NCBI GenBank assembly: GCA_963823665.1
Contig: CAWGMQ010000004.1
Span: 2,336,001 to 2,400,000, forward strand
Source: an uncultured Planctomycetota bacterium
Lineage (GTDB): Bacteria > Planctomycetota > Planctomycetia > Isosphaerales > Isosphaeraceae
Direction of reading: 5' to 3'
Length of the DNA: 64,000 nucleotides
Below, one piece after another: positions 42,773 to 52,300 of this stretch. The notes under the pieces are model-generated. The model made no database searches. It was not told the origin of the DNA and saw only the letters and a program-made list of their open reading frames with translations. Both the position numbers and the translations under genes were made by a program. Every line of letters starts with the position of its first letter. The first letter of the stretch is position 1.

Positions 42773-43495
42773 ATGCGTTGCGTGGATGTAATTCGAGAGC
42801 TGGCTACACCAACCGACAAGCGAGATGCCGTCGGTTTGGCTGACCACTTGCGCCGATGTTCATCCTGTGCGAACTGGGCCAGGCACGCGGAGCAGCTCGA
42901 TCGCCTCTGGGATCTAACCCGTCCGGCCGAGCCTTCGCCCGAGGTCTGGGATAGCCTGTGGTCGCAAGTTGCTCACTCGCTTGATAACCCAACAGCACAA
43001 GAAGTTGCATCGCCGTCACCGTCACGGTCGGTTTCCTGGGATCACTCGACCGATTCTTCGATGCTCGAGCTGGCGGGGAAACCTGTCCGGCATTCTGCCA
43101 CCTCGGCGTCGCGCTTCCGATTCTGGCAATCGATTGGCTGGGCTGGGCCTGCACGGGCTGCTGCCGTACTTTTGGTTGCTGGTTTGAGCTTGTGGCTCTT
43201 TGTGCCATCAAGGCAACAGGTTGCCACATTGAAGCCGGCCGCCTTGAGTCGAACTGTGCCGGAGGCCGTGGTCACTGTTTCCTTGCCCAGTGTTGATATC
43301 GAAGCAGGTCACATGGTTGTGATTCTTGCGGATCCGAACAGCCCATCGGTCGTTGATCGCACTCCAAAGGCGATCATTGCTGGCATTAGTCTCGAATACG
43401 TTGATTGGTATGGCGACGAGAGATCTTTTGACTGGTCTCAGGTATTCAACGAAGTTGAATACCTTGCCACGCCGAAGGTTGCCATGAAGGAGTGA
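42773..43495 (+). CDS. Zinc-binding anti-sigma factor (ZAS)
   Basis: MRC...HLRRCSSC (HxxxCxxC), central TM helix, directly after the ECF sigma gene. Confidence 0.85.
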   Translation: MRCVDVIRELATPTDKRDAVGLADHLRRCSSCANWARHAEQLDRLWDLTRPAEPSPEVWDSLWSQVAHSLDNPTAQEVASPSPSRSVSWDHSTDSSMLELAGKPVRHSATSASRFRFWQSIGWAGPARAAAVLLVAGLSLWLFVPSRQQVATLKPAALSRTVPEAVVTVSLPSVDIEAGHMVVILADPNSPSVVDRTPKAIIAGISLEYVDWYGDERSFDWSQVFNEVEYLATPKVAMKE

Positions 43496-43499
43496 TGCC

Positions 43500-44015
43500 G
43501 TGGCCGAATCAAGACAACACTCGCGCCGCTTTGGACTTGGGCTTCTGCTGGCTGTAGTCGCCACGGGCGGACTGGCCGTTTTGCTATCGAGTCTGCACGT
43601 GACGCGTGCTGGTTTTGATGATGACGATCGCGACGCCATCATTGCGCGACAGGTCACCGTGTTTGGAGTGCTCGCGACGCCCGGCGCCAAGACGATTGAT
43701 TCCAGGCTCTCGAACATTCAGCGTCAGTTGGGGAAGTTACTTCCGGACAACGGATTCAAGCTTCTCGACGCTCGTAGTGAGCGCATCGTCAATGGAGAAT
43801 CGATCACCTGCAGCCTCGGCAATGGCTACACACTGACGACATTATTGGTCACGCCTCTTGATGAGAACGGCAAAGTTGAGCTGCGCTGCGAGTTGTTTCA
43901 CGACGAAGTCCGTGAGTTCTCGACGCTGGTCAAGGCGCCCGTCAATCAACTCTTCTTCTGTCAGCGTCCGCTCAAGAACGGCTCGCAGTTCCTGATCGGT
44001 GTGGGAGCACGCTGA
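43500..44015 (+). CDS. Hypothetical exported protein, third gene of the ECF operon
   Basis: AAGGAG RBS; N-terminal hydrophobic helix; beta-rich domain. Confidence 0.7.
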   Translation: MAESRQHSRRFGLGLLLAVVATGGLAVLLSSLHVTRAGFDDDDRDAIIARQVTVFGVLATPGAKTIDSRLSNIQRQLGKLLPDNGFKLLDARSERIVNGESITCSLGNGYTLTTLLVTPLDENGKVELRCELFHDEVREFSTLVKAPVNQLFFCQRPLKNGSQFLIGVGAR

Positions 44016-44019
44016 GAGC

Positions 44020-44350
44020 CGGAAAGACAATCGACCGCCTGTCGGCGGTCGTCCGGCCTTTAAGGGCCGTTCGTCCCGTCGAGGGGCGGTCGCTGGCAGC
44101 GTTTCCAGCGACTGTCTTCAACCGGGCTGCCCGAAGATATCGGGCCGTCCTTGTGTTGGGACAGTTGCAAGAGAGGGTGCGCTGCGTCTTTCTGATCGTG
44201 AAGCCAAACAGGCCGTCCCTGGCCCTTGGCCCGCAAGCCGCCAGTCCGTCCCTGGACGCGACCGCCGTTTTCAGGCCATTACCGTGTCGTCCCTGACAGG
44301 TTCGGTTTTCCAACCGACATGGATTGTATCGGCCGTGCCGGGCATCCATC
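44020..44350 (-). ncRNA. Putative CsrB/RsmZ-like CsrA-binding small RNA
   Basis: Three hairpins with an identical CAGGGACG core and differing stems, four more GGA(C/T)G motifs, and a terminal 8-bp GC hairpin. Ends are approximate and the strand is inferred. Confidence 0.55.
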
Positions 44351-44403
44351 TGCAACGTTTTTGTCGCTCAAGCACTGGTCCACCCAATACAGGAATGCGC
44401 TCC

Positions 44404-44432
44404 TTGGAAAAACAAGCTCCCGGCGTTACAAT
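44404..44432 (+). promoter_or_regulatory. sigma70-type promoter for the aldolase gene
   Basis: TTGGAA-N17-TACAAT just upstream of the AAGGAG RBS. Confidence 0.55.
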
Positions 44433-44458
44433 TGTCACCCAAAAGGAGATCACTTTCG

Positions 44459-45583
44459 ATGCCTGACGTAGAGACCTCGAGCCATTGCAGTGCCATCACC
44501 CTCATGAGCAAAGGCCTGACGCCGGGCAAGCTCCGTGGTTTGCAACGAATCAGCAACCCCAACGGTACGCTCACGATGGTCGCCCTCGACCAGAACAGCT
44601 CAATGATCGAAATGGCAACCAAGGCTCTGAAAGCCAAAGGCCACGATCGCGAGCCGACGTACGGCGAAATCGTCGAGGCAAAGGTTGACCTCGCGAAGAA
44701 CCTGGCACCCTCAGCCTCGGGTGTGCTGATCGATGCCTACTACGGAGCTTGGTCCTGCATCGCGGCTGGTGCAGTTGGCCCTCAGACTGGGATGCTCGTC
44801 CGAGTAGAGATGTCCGGCAGCCCCAAGAATAAAGTGGGAGCTCCGCTCGGCCTGATTGAACCGGGCTGGAGTGTTGAGAAGATCAAGCTCATGGGGGCCG
44901 ACGCCGTCAAGCTTCTGGCTCAGTACGAGCCTACCGAGCCTCACTCCGCCGAGCACCAGTTTGAGTTGATCGAACACGTCTACGCCGAATGCAAAAAGCA
45001 CGATATCCTGATGCTGCTCGAGACCGTGGCGTTTCCGTTCGGAGGGGAAAAGAAAACAGATCCCAGTTTCATCAGCCGGAAAGCTGCGACCGTCATCGAC
45101 TCAGCCCGCCAGCTCAGCCGTTTCTGCGACATTTACAAGGCCGAGTTCCCAGGAACACTAGGTGCTGACTCGGACAAACAGCTCCGCGACAACCTCCAAG
45201 CATTGAATGCATGCAGTGAACGACCCTGGGTGCTGCTATCCGCGGGTGTCGACTATCCGGACTACTACAAACAGGTTCAGATGGCTCTGGAAGCCGGTGC
45301 CTCCGGTGTTCTCGGTGGGCGAGCTTTCTGGAAAGAGTATTTTCTGCAGGACGGCGCACAAGCACGTAGCCAATTTGCCGCGACGACCGCACTCAAACGA
45401 GTCGCCGACGTCAACACGCTCGTCCGCGAACGAGCCACTCCCTGGTCTGCCCGTTACGGCTTCACGAAGGAGTTGCTGAGCTCGATCAGGGCCACAGAAG
45501 GCTGGCACGCTCGCTACGGCTCGTCCTTGGGCTCATCCGATAGTGCCGCACGAGGAAAACGCGCTGCGGGCGACGTTTATTGA
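44459..45583 (+). CDS. lacD: Tagatose-1,6-bisphosphate aldolase-like (LacD family, class I)
   Basis: MVALDQ, S.VLID, WSVEKIK.MGADAVKLL, DIYKAEFP, PWVLLSAGV, GASGVLGGRAFW. The exact substrate is uncertain. Confidence 0.85.
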   Translation: MPDVETSSHCSAITLMSKGLTPGKLRGLQRISNPNGTLTMVALDQNSSMIEMATKALKAKGHDREPTYGEIVEAKVDLAKNLAPSASGVLIDAYYGAWSCIAAGAVGPQTGMLVRVEMSGSPKNKVGAPLGLIEPGWSVEKIKLMGADAVKLLAQYEPTEPHSAEHQFELIEHVYAECKKHDILMLLETVAFPFGGEKKTDPSFISRKAATVIDSARQLSRFCDIYKAEFPGTLGADSDKQLRDNLQALNACSERPWVLLSAGVDYPDYYKQVQMALEAGASGVLGGRAFWKEYFLQDGAQARSQFAATTALKRVADVNTLVRERATPWSARYGFTKELLSSIRATEGWHARYGSSLGSSDSAARGKRAAGDVY

Positions 45584-46968
45584 GCGGACCCTTGCCGGAC
45601 TGGCACATACGAAAGCCCCCCTTTGGGAAAGATCCGGATCCGCACCGGCGCACCCGTTTTCCTTGTCCGATTGTTCTCAATCGAGGCGCCGGCTGCTTCC
45701 CATAGCGTCTCAAGATCGGCGAAGAGCTGAACCGGACCTAGCCGTGAGCCGATACGCTCCTGTAATTGGGGTGCGTAAACCAGCACGGTCCGGTCGACGA
45801 CCAGTTCGCGCGCCCAACGCAACATGAACGCCGCTGGAGATCCGAATCCATCAGCAATGCGCTGCGCCATCGGCAAGAGCCTCTCAATGGCCCAGCCCCC
45901 TGCTCTGCCAGTTGCAGCGATACCACGAAGTGCGTTAATGGGAAATGAGCGATCGATCTCGTTGGGGTCTGTCCAGAATAGCCCCAGAAGCACTCCCTCC
46001 GGAAGACACGCGGCGCGATGATGAAGCAACGCCTTGAAACTCTGCATCGGGTCACCCGGCCAGGGGTTGTTTCCCGCGATAACCAAATCTGCCGGTGCCG
46101 ATTCAGGTGCCTGAAGGCGGCGTCGAGCTTCGACCGCTAACATGTCCTGTACGTGCTCTGGATGCCCTGCTGCAATTCGAAAAATTTGCCCCTTGCTGCC
46201 AGCTAGATGACTGATTGACCAGCACGGCCCCAGTCGGGCCGCGGCCGTGTGAATCGCCTGACGCATGGCGTTCTCTGCTGCGAAGCCCCCGAGCAATCGC
46301 GCCGGATCTACGTGCCGTTCGATTCCCTGACGATGCAGCGCGCCCAGTGTCGACCGGTGGCTCGTGCCGGGGAAAATCAGCTTGTAACCACCTCCAAAGC
46401 CGGCCTGAAGATGGGGTAGTACAGACCCAATCATGATCCGTAGATTCGCTCGAGCCACAGGGCAGAACACCCGTACCGGAATTCCATCCGGTGTTTGGCC
46501 CAAGTCGTCGTACGCGGAGATGTCGTCGACAGGCGGGCTAAAACAGCGGTAGCGGGTCGAGACCTCCCTGCCAACGCGTCTCTCCATTGCCTCCGTACTG
46601 ACCGGCGCGTGCCGGCCAACTCCCACGCTGATTGTCACGTCTGGAGGCTGAACACCCAGTGCGTGCAACCTTGCGAGCACGATCGTGAGTGCTTGGCGCA
46701 CCGGCGTCCATCGTGATGGATCATCCACCACGATCGCCACAGATGAGCCTGGTGTCACCAACTCGTCAAGCCGGGCTATTCCCACCGGTGAGTCAATCGC
46801 CTTTGAGAGCGCCGATTCATAGTCCGACAGTGGCGAGCTCAAATCAGGCCACACTACATCAACATCTACCGCCGCGAATGACCCCGAAGATGGCAGGAGA
46901 AGCTCGAGTGATCCAGTCGGCCCCCAGGGTACGCGGATCGGTGGAAGCGTGCCTTCTGGCTCGTTCAG
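45577..46968 (-). CDS. LarA-family (nickel-pincer cofactor) racemase/epimerase
   Basis: VDDPSR, G.GRH, PHLQAGFGGGYKLIFPG, LH, QSFK motifs. The frame is open to a CTG at 46968 with AGGAG 8 nt upstream. Confidence 0.85.
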   Translation of the reverse strand: MNEPEGTLPPIRVPWGPTGSLELLLPSSGSFAAVDVDVVWPDLSSPLSDYESALSKAIDSPVGIARLDELVTPGSSVAIVVDDPSRWTPVRQALTIVLARLHALGVQPPDVTISVGVGRHAPVSTEAMERRVGREVSTRYRCFSPPVDDISAYDDLGQTPDGIPVRVFCPVARANLRIMIGSVLPHLQAGFGGGYKLIFPGTSHRSTLGALHRQGIERHVDPARLLGGFAAENAMRQAIHTAAARLGPCWSISHLAGSKGQIFRIAAGHPEHVQDMLAVEARRRLQAPESAPADLVIAGNNPWPGDPMQSFKALLHHRAACLPEGVLLGLFWTDPNEIDRSFPINALRGIAATGRAGGWAIERLLPMAQRIADGFGSPAAFMLRWARELVVDRTVLVYAPQLQERIGSRLGPVQLFADLETLWEAAGASIENNRTRKTGAPVRIRIFPKGGLSYVPVRQGSAQ

Positions 46969-47579
46969 GGCATTAGCTCCTGCACGGCGATCGAGGCAAG
47001 GTCCTTTGAGTCGAGGACGAAGGGGACGAGCTCTCCGAGCTTGTAATCTTGCCGAGTGCGGTATGAAGGCGCCGCATCAGGTCCGCTCGGATCGGTGTAC
47101 ACTTCAACCTGGCGGTCGATCAGATTGACGATCCAGTAGACTGGCACGTCGCCAGCAGCATAGATCCGGCCCTTGTATACACGGTCAGGCTGCAGGGAAG
47201 AATCGGCCACCTCGATGACAAGAGCCATATCCGCAGGACTAGGATGTCGAGAAAGATAATCTCGTTCCAATCCGCGGACCACAGCAATGTTGGGCTCAGG
47301 CTCGCTGCCAGTTGTTGTGATCGCGGACTGGCCACGACGGAACCATCCGCTCGGAAGCTGTGGGCTCAGACTGCGATTCATGATGAAGGAAATCAGCGCG
47401 TCGTGAGTCGGAGTTCTTGCCATCTTCGGTACGATCCATCCTTCAAGTAGCTCAACGTCATCATCCTCACCCAATACACCGGTCTCGATCAATCGGTGGT
47501 ATTCGTCGACCGTGAATCGGCGCACCGGAAGCGGCGGTGGAATCGCCGACAACGGCGGCGTGCTTGTCATCACCGTCAT
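46965..47579 (-). CDS. Uma2 family (DUF820) PD-(D/E)XK endonuclease
   Basis: RRFTVDEYHR, VELLEG, EPEPN, LVIEVADSS...DR..K...YA...P.YWIVNL. Confidence 0.92.
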   Translation of the reverse strand: MTVMTSTPPLSAIPPPLPVRRFTVDEYHRLIETGVLGEDDDVELLEGWIVPKMARTPTHDALISFIMNRSLSPQLPSGWFRRGQSAITTTGSEPEPNIAVVRGLERDYLSRHPSPADMALVIEVADSSLQPDRVYKGRIYAAGDVPVYWIVNLIDRQVEVYTDPSGPDAAPSYRTRQDYKLGELVPFVLDSKDLASIAVQELMP

Positions 47580-47599
47580 GATAGGCCACTCCCGTTCGT

Positions 47600-48310
47600 T
47601 CAAGCCTTGGGAATCTCAAACCAATCACCGGGCTGTAGCACAATCGGCTGCGCCGCAGTTTCGTTTTTCACCCGGGCTGCCCACGCCTCGGCGTCCTGCG
47701 CAATCGGCGGAAATGTGTCGTAGTGGATAGGCAAGACAAACCGCGGCTTGAGCATCTTCACAGCTCGCACGGCGTCGTCGGGCCCCATCGTATAGTAGTC
47801 GCCAATTGGCAGAATGGCGAGGTCGAGCCCTTCGTCGCCGATAAGTGTCATGTCTCCAAAAAGAGCGGTATCGGCGGCATCGTAGATCTTTGTGCCGCCA
47901 GGGCAGGTCACCACGAAGCCGCATGGATTGCCGCCATAGGTGCCATCAGGCAACACAGATCCGTGAAAGGCCAGTGTCAGCTTGACCCGCACAGCCTTGT
48001 CAAAGAGAAAGCTGCCGCCATGCTGAAGCCCGTGCACCTTATCACCGCTCAATCCCTGTGCAGGTTGCTGCAGCCATTCGCCGATCTCGTAATTGGAAGC
48101 AACTGTCGCCCCGGTGCGTTTGGCGATTGCCACGGCATCTCCAACGTGGTCACCGTGTCCATGCGAGATCAGGATCAAGTCAGCATCTAGCTGATCCGCT
48201 TTGAGCGGGGCTTTAGGATTTCCTGTCAAGAAGGGGTCGATCAGAACCGTTCGACCGTCACATTGAAACATGAGGGCTGCGTGCCCAAGCCATTGTACAC
48301 GAGTAGCCAT
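47600..48310 (-). CDS. Metal-dependent hydrolase, MBL fold (UPF0173-like)
   Basis: WLGHA, IDPF, SHGHGDH, AFH, DTALF.DM, LPIGD.YTM, PIHYDTF. Confidence 0.92.
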   Translation of the reverse strand: MATRVQWLGHAALMFQCDGRTVLIDPFLTGNPKAPLKADQLDADLILISHGHGDHVGDAVAIAKRTGATVASNYEIGEWLQQPAQGLSGDKVHGLQHGGSFLFDKAVRVKLTLAFHGSVLPDGTYGGNPCGFVVTCPGGTKIYDAADTALFGDMTLIGDEGLDLAILPIGDYYTMGPDDAVRAVKMLKPRFVLPIHYDTFPPIAQDAEAWAARVKNETAAQPIVLQPGDWFEIPKA

Positions 48311-48446
48311 GGTCGTCTTTCGTCTCAAAAGACTCGTGGCACGGAACGGTTGTCATTCGCTGCAAGCAGTTTGAATCATCCGGCACATGCCTGTGCCTTG
48401 GCAATGCGAAAGTTGTTGAAAACAGTGGGGGACATACAGATCCAGC

Positions 48447-49295
48447 TTAATGACGCGTTCTCAGATCAAGGAGGTACAGCCCCCACAACACCAGGAGGCC
48501 GAAACCGGCTACGGCCGCAAATCCTCGATTCATACAGACCGTGAGCAAAGCGCAGGGCACAAGCCACGCCAGAACCGGTCGAATAGGCCGAAGCCGCAGA
48601 CTCTGAAACAAGATCATTACAAGGATTCGTCGTCCGTCTCGAAACGCACGGAGCTTGCTTTCTGTACCACTGATCCTTGTGTAATAAGGAATGCCAATTT
48701 CGACGACGCGAAGCCGGCGTGCGATGGCCTCGCTGGCAAGCTCGGCCTCGATCTCGAAGCCAGTTGAGCGAAGCTGAACAGCTTCGCGAAACCGACGATT
48801 GAACGTGCGATACCCAGAAAGCAGATCGGTGGTGCCCCTGCCGATAAACGTTCGAAAAGCGACACGAATGAGTAAGTTCCCGATTCCTCGAATTGGGCTC
48901 ATCGCGCCCGTACCAGGTACGGGCCGGCGAGCGCCAACGGCCATATCCGCAGCATCCACTTGGAGCGGGCCAACTAACAGTGAAACGGATTCAGCCGGAT
49001 AAGTACCATCGCCGTCGGTCAGTACGACGATGTCGAAATCGCCAAGTGCGCGAAATGCGGCGCGGACAACGTGCCCCTTACCCTGTTCTGCGACGTCGAT
49101 GACACGAACTCCCACGCCACGGGCGATTTCGCCGGTGCCGTCGGTTGAGTTATTGTTGAAAACGACGATCTCCGCTTGCGGAAGCACCGATCGATAACGC
49201 TCGATAACGCTCGCAATTGCTGCGGCTTCGTTGAAACACGGAATGGCGACGGCAATTCGGAAAGAAGAGAGCTCAGCCTCGACAGGGTTCGTCAC
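48447..49295 (-). CDS. Glycosyltransferase family 2 protein
   Basis: IPCFNEA, NNSTDGT, GKG, DGDGTY, DLLSGYR, GFEIE.E, SKL..FRDG; C-terminal TM. Start is uncertain. Confidence 0.9.
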   Translation of the reverse strand: MTNPVEAELSSFRIAVAIPCFNEAAAIASVIERYRSVLPQAEIVVFNNNSTDGTGEIARGVGVRVIDVAEQGKGHVVRAAFRALGDFDIVVLTDGDGTYPAESVSLLVGPLQVDAADMAVGARRPVPGTGAMSPIRGIGNLLIRVAFRTFIGRGTTDLLSGYRTFNRRFREAVQLRSTGFEIEAELASEAIARRLRVVEIGIPYYTRISGTESKLRAFRDGRRILVMILFQSLRLRPIRPVLAWLVPCALLTVCMNRGFAAVAGFGLLVLWGLYLLDLRTRH

Positions 49296-49310
49296 AGCGT
49301 TGATCTTTTG

Positions 49311-49332
49311 ATAGATCAGGCTTTCAGCCTGA
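49311..49332 (+). repeat. Degenerate REP-like palindrome (second copy)
   Basis: ATAGA-TCAGGCT-TTC-AGCCTGA, intergenic. Confidence 0.5.
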
Positions 49333-49371
49333 GGTTCTCTTCCAAAACCCACCCGCAGTAAGCAATTGTTC

Positions 49372-52300
49372 CTACTGCCCCGCCGCCGGTCCATGCTGAC
49401 TTCCAGCTTTACTCTGCGGTGACACGGCCCCGGAGTCAAATCCGACTGGCTTCTCCGTGACGAACGTGGTCACTGCAACCTTCTGTGCATTCGCTGGACC
49501 CTTCCGTAGGCGCAATAACAGCTTGCTCGATCCTCGAGGCAGATCGATGAGCGCAACGCGTGGCTCGCCGCGATGTTGCTCTTCCGGAGAGAAGACCACC
49601 GATTTGCCGTTGAACCACGCCGAGACGTCCAGCGGCGTATCGATCACCAACCTGGCCGGTTGTGCTTCGGGTGAATCAACGGGAACAATCGCATAGATGC
49701 CCTGCGTCGCATCGGAGTTGCCTACAAGTGCCAAGTCAGCCTGCCCCTCGGCATTGGTACCAAGCCTGCGCCACGAGAGCTGATGGCCCCGACCGTCATC
49801 AATCGGCGTATGTGGATCGAGTGCGGAACCGGGATTAAAGAGACTCGTACCGTTTGGCTCATCGAGCGGGCCGACTACCTGATACTGGCCGACGATGCTC
49901 ACCGGCTGGCGCAAAGTTGTCAGGTAAGATAGCAGGTCAACCAGCTCCTGTGTGGACATCGTCTGCGCCAGACCCTCGGGCATGAGTGATACGTCGCTTG
50001 TCCGCCGGTCTTCGACCGAGCGCGGGTCCACAGAAATACGCTGTCCGTCAGCCGTCTTGATCGCCAGCTTGTCCGCACTGTCGTCCAGCACGAGCCCCGT
50101 AATTACCCGGCCATCGTTAAGCGCCGCCACCACCGATCGATAGCTGTAGCCGATCGAGTCACTCGGGCTCAAGATCGAGCGGATCAGCTCATCGCGACCG
50201 TACTTGATGCCGATCGTCGAGAGATCAGGGCCAACCCACTGCCCCCGGCCCTGGACGCGGTGGCAGCCTGCACACGAGGTTGCCCCAGCCTTGAAGAAAA
50301 CGTCCCTGCCCTTCTCCGGATTCCCGTGACGGCGAATCAACTCGCCGATCGATGGCAAGCTCTGCCCTTCTGCCGTCTTGGGCAGCGGTAGAATACTTGC
50401 AGCCTGGTCGCGAACCCCTCGGTTGGAATCTGTGTGAACCAATGTTGTCGCGTCGTTCTTCAGGTCCGCCGGAAGCTTGCCGGCACTTGCCAACTCAAGA
50501 ACCTGGCGGCCGCCATCGCGAAGCCGTGCCAGGCTCCGTAATGCCTCTCGGCGCAGACCAAGTGGAAGATCGGATCCGGTTAGAAGCGCGATCAGCGGCT
50601 GTCCATCCTTCTTGATCCTGGCGATCGTGCGCACCGCTGCCTCTGCGACCGCATTTGAGCTTGGTTTACCCCGCACCGATTGGATCAATCGTTCCAGGAC
50701 CTCTTGCGACGAGTCCGGAAACGAGCCCAGCCCCTCCACCGCCGCGACTCGGCTCTCTTCAGGCGTCTTGGCATCTTCGGCCAAGCTCCTGAGGCTCTGG
50801 TAATAGCGGTGATCATGAGTCGCTACGGCCAGCGCGACGCCTATTCCGTTTGTGACTGGATCTTTAAGGGTTTGCTCGATAACCTTCACGATTTCCGCGT
50901 GCCCGCTCGCACTGTTCCATTCGCCCCCGATCCGGCGAGCCAAGAGCCCAAGCAGCGCACGCTGGTGTATGAGATCACTTGTTCGTGTGATGATCTTCGC
51001 GACCAGATCGGCCGTCTGTGGATCGTTCATTCGCTCCAAGATGTCATTTGTGGCCTGCTGTAACTCGACTGCGCAAACCCGGCAGAATTCGCTCGATAAG
51101 TGGTAACACCTCGCGCCGATGAATCCGCCATGCCAAACCAAGGTACTTGCTCACTGGCGAAACTGCCCGATCCGGTGTTCCCGCTGCGATGAATGCCTCG
51201 TTTCGATCCACGGGGAAATAAGGCGGAAGCGCGACGTCGCCGTTCGTGCCTGTTTTTTCGAGGTCGAGTGAGCCATACAGACTGCCGTCAAAAAGAGTCG
51301 ACACAAAGTTACTTTCACGCTTCTCGAGCGCCAGCCCCAAGGCCTCGAGATACCACCGGTCTTGACCGTCCCAAGCCGCGGTCAGCCTGTGCAGTGAATC
51401 GCCAACTTGATTCGTCGGTAGGTTGCGAAATGCCAGGATCAATTCGCGCCGCACCCCTGCGTCGGGATCGTCGGCCATCGCCTTCAATGCATCAAGATGT
51501 GCGACGGCAGGGGGCGATTGTTTGGCGTCGGGCTTCGTGTACTGGACTCTGCCGTTCTCACGGCAATCGCGGCCGAGCATCCGAACGGCCATTTCTCGAA
51601 GGCGAGGATTTTCGTCTTTCAATAGCTTGAGCGAGGAGTGATCGGTCGCGCCAGCGCCAGTGGCGATCCCATAAAGTGTCCACGCAGCTCGCGCCCGATC
51701 GATGTCCTTGTTTCCGGGCTTCGCGAGTTCCATGAGGCCTTTGAGAGCATCATGGCCTCCGATGATCTGCGGACTATCCTTGAGCTGGCCGGGCTCGAGC
51801 TTTACCCGATTAATCAAGCTCCGCCGCGCTGCATCCTGCGCCGCGATGTTCGGTGATTTAAGCGCGCTCAAGAGCCCATCGTCTGAGCCCATGTCGATTT
51901 TTATTTTCGGGGTCTTGTCGCCCTTGGGTGCCACGCGATAGATACGACCCGTTGTTTGATCACTGAAGGCATGTCCTCCCACTCCTGCGTCGTACCAGTC
52001 TGCCACGAACACCGAACCATCAGGTGCCGTGCAGGCATCAACCGGTCGGAACCACGGATCATCCCCCGACAGAAACACCTTGTACTCTGTCCGAAACGCA
52101 GCACCCTTTCGGGTTAGCGGAAACAGGTTGATCTGCCGTGTACCTGCGTCGACCTCAAACACCGCGCCTCGGTATTCCTCTGGCAGCAAATCACCTTCGT
52201 AAACCATGATGCCGCAGGGGCTTCCATTTCCGGTACCTACCAGCTTGGGAACATTGCCCGGCACTTCTTCGCCCCAGTGGCGTGAGCTTCCCGGCGTGTG

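Noticed and set aside
44017..44350. CRISPR array, cobalamin riboswitch or the overlapping ORFs 43999-44466 / 43972-44355
   Set aside because: Repeats are only 8 nt with irregular spacing and there are no cas genes; no B12 box; the ORF translations look non-protein-like and lack an RBS.
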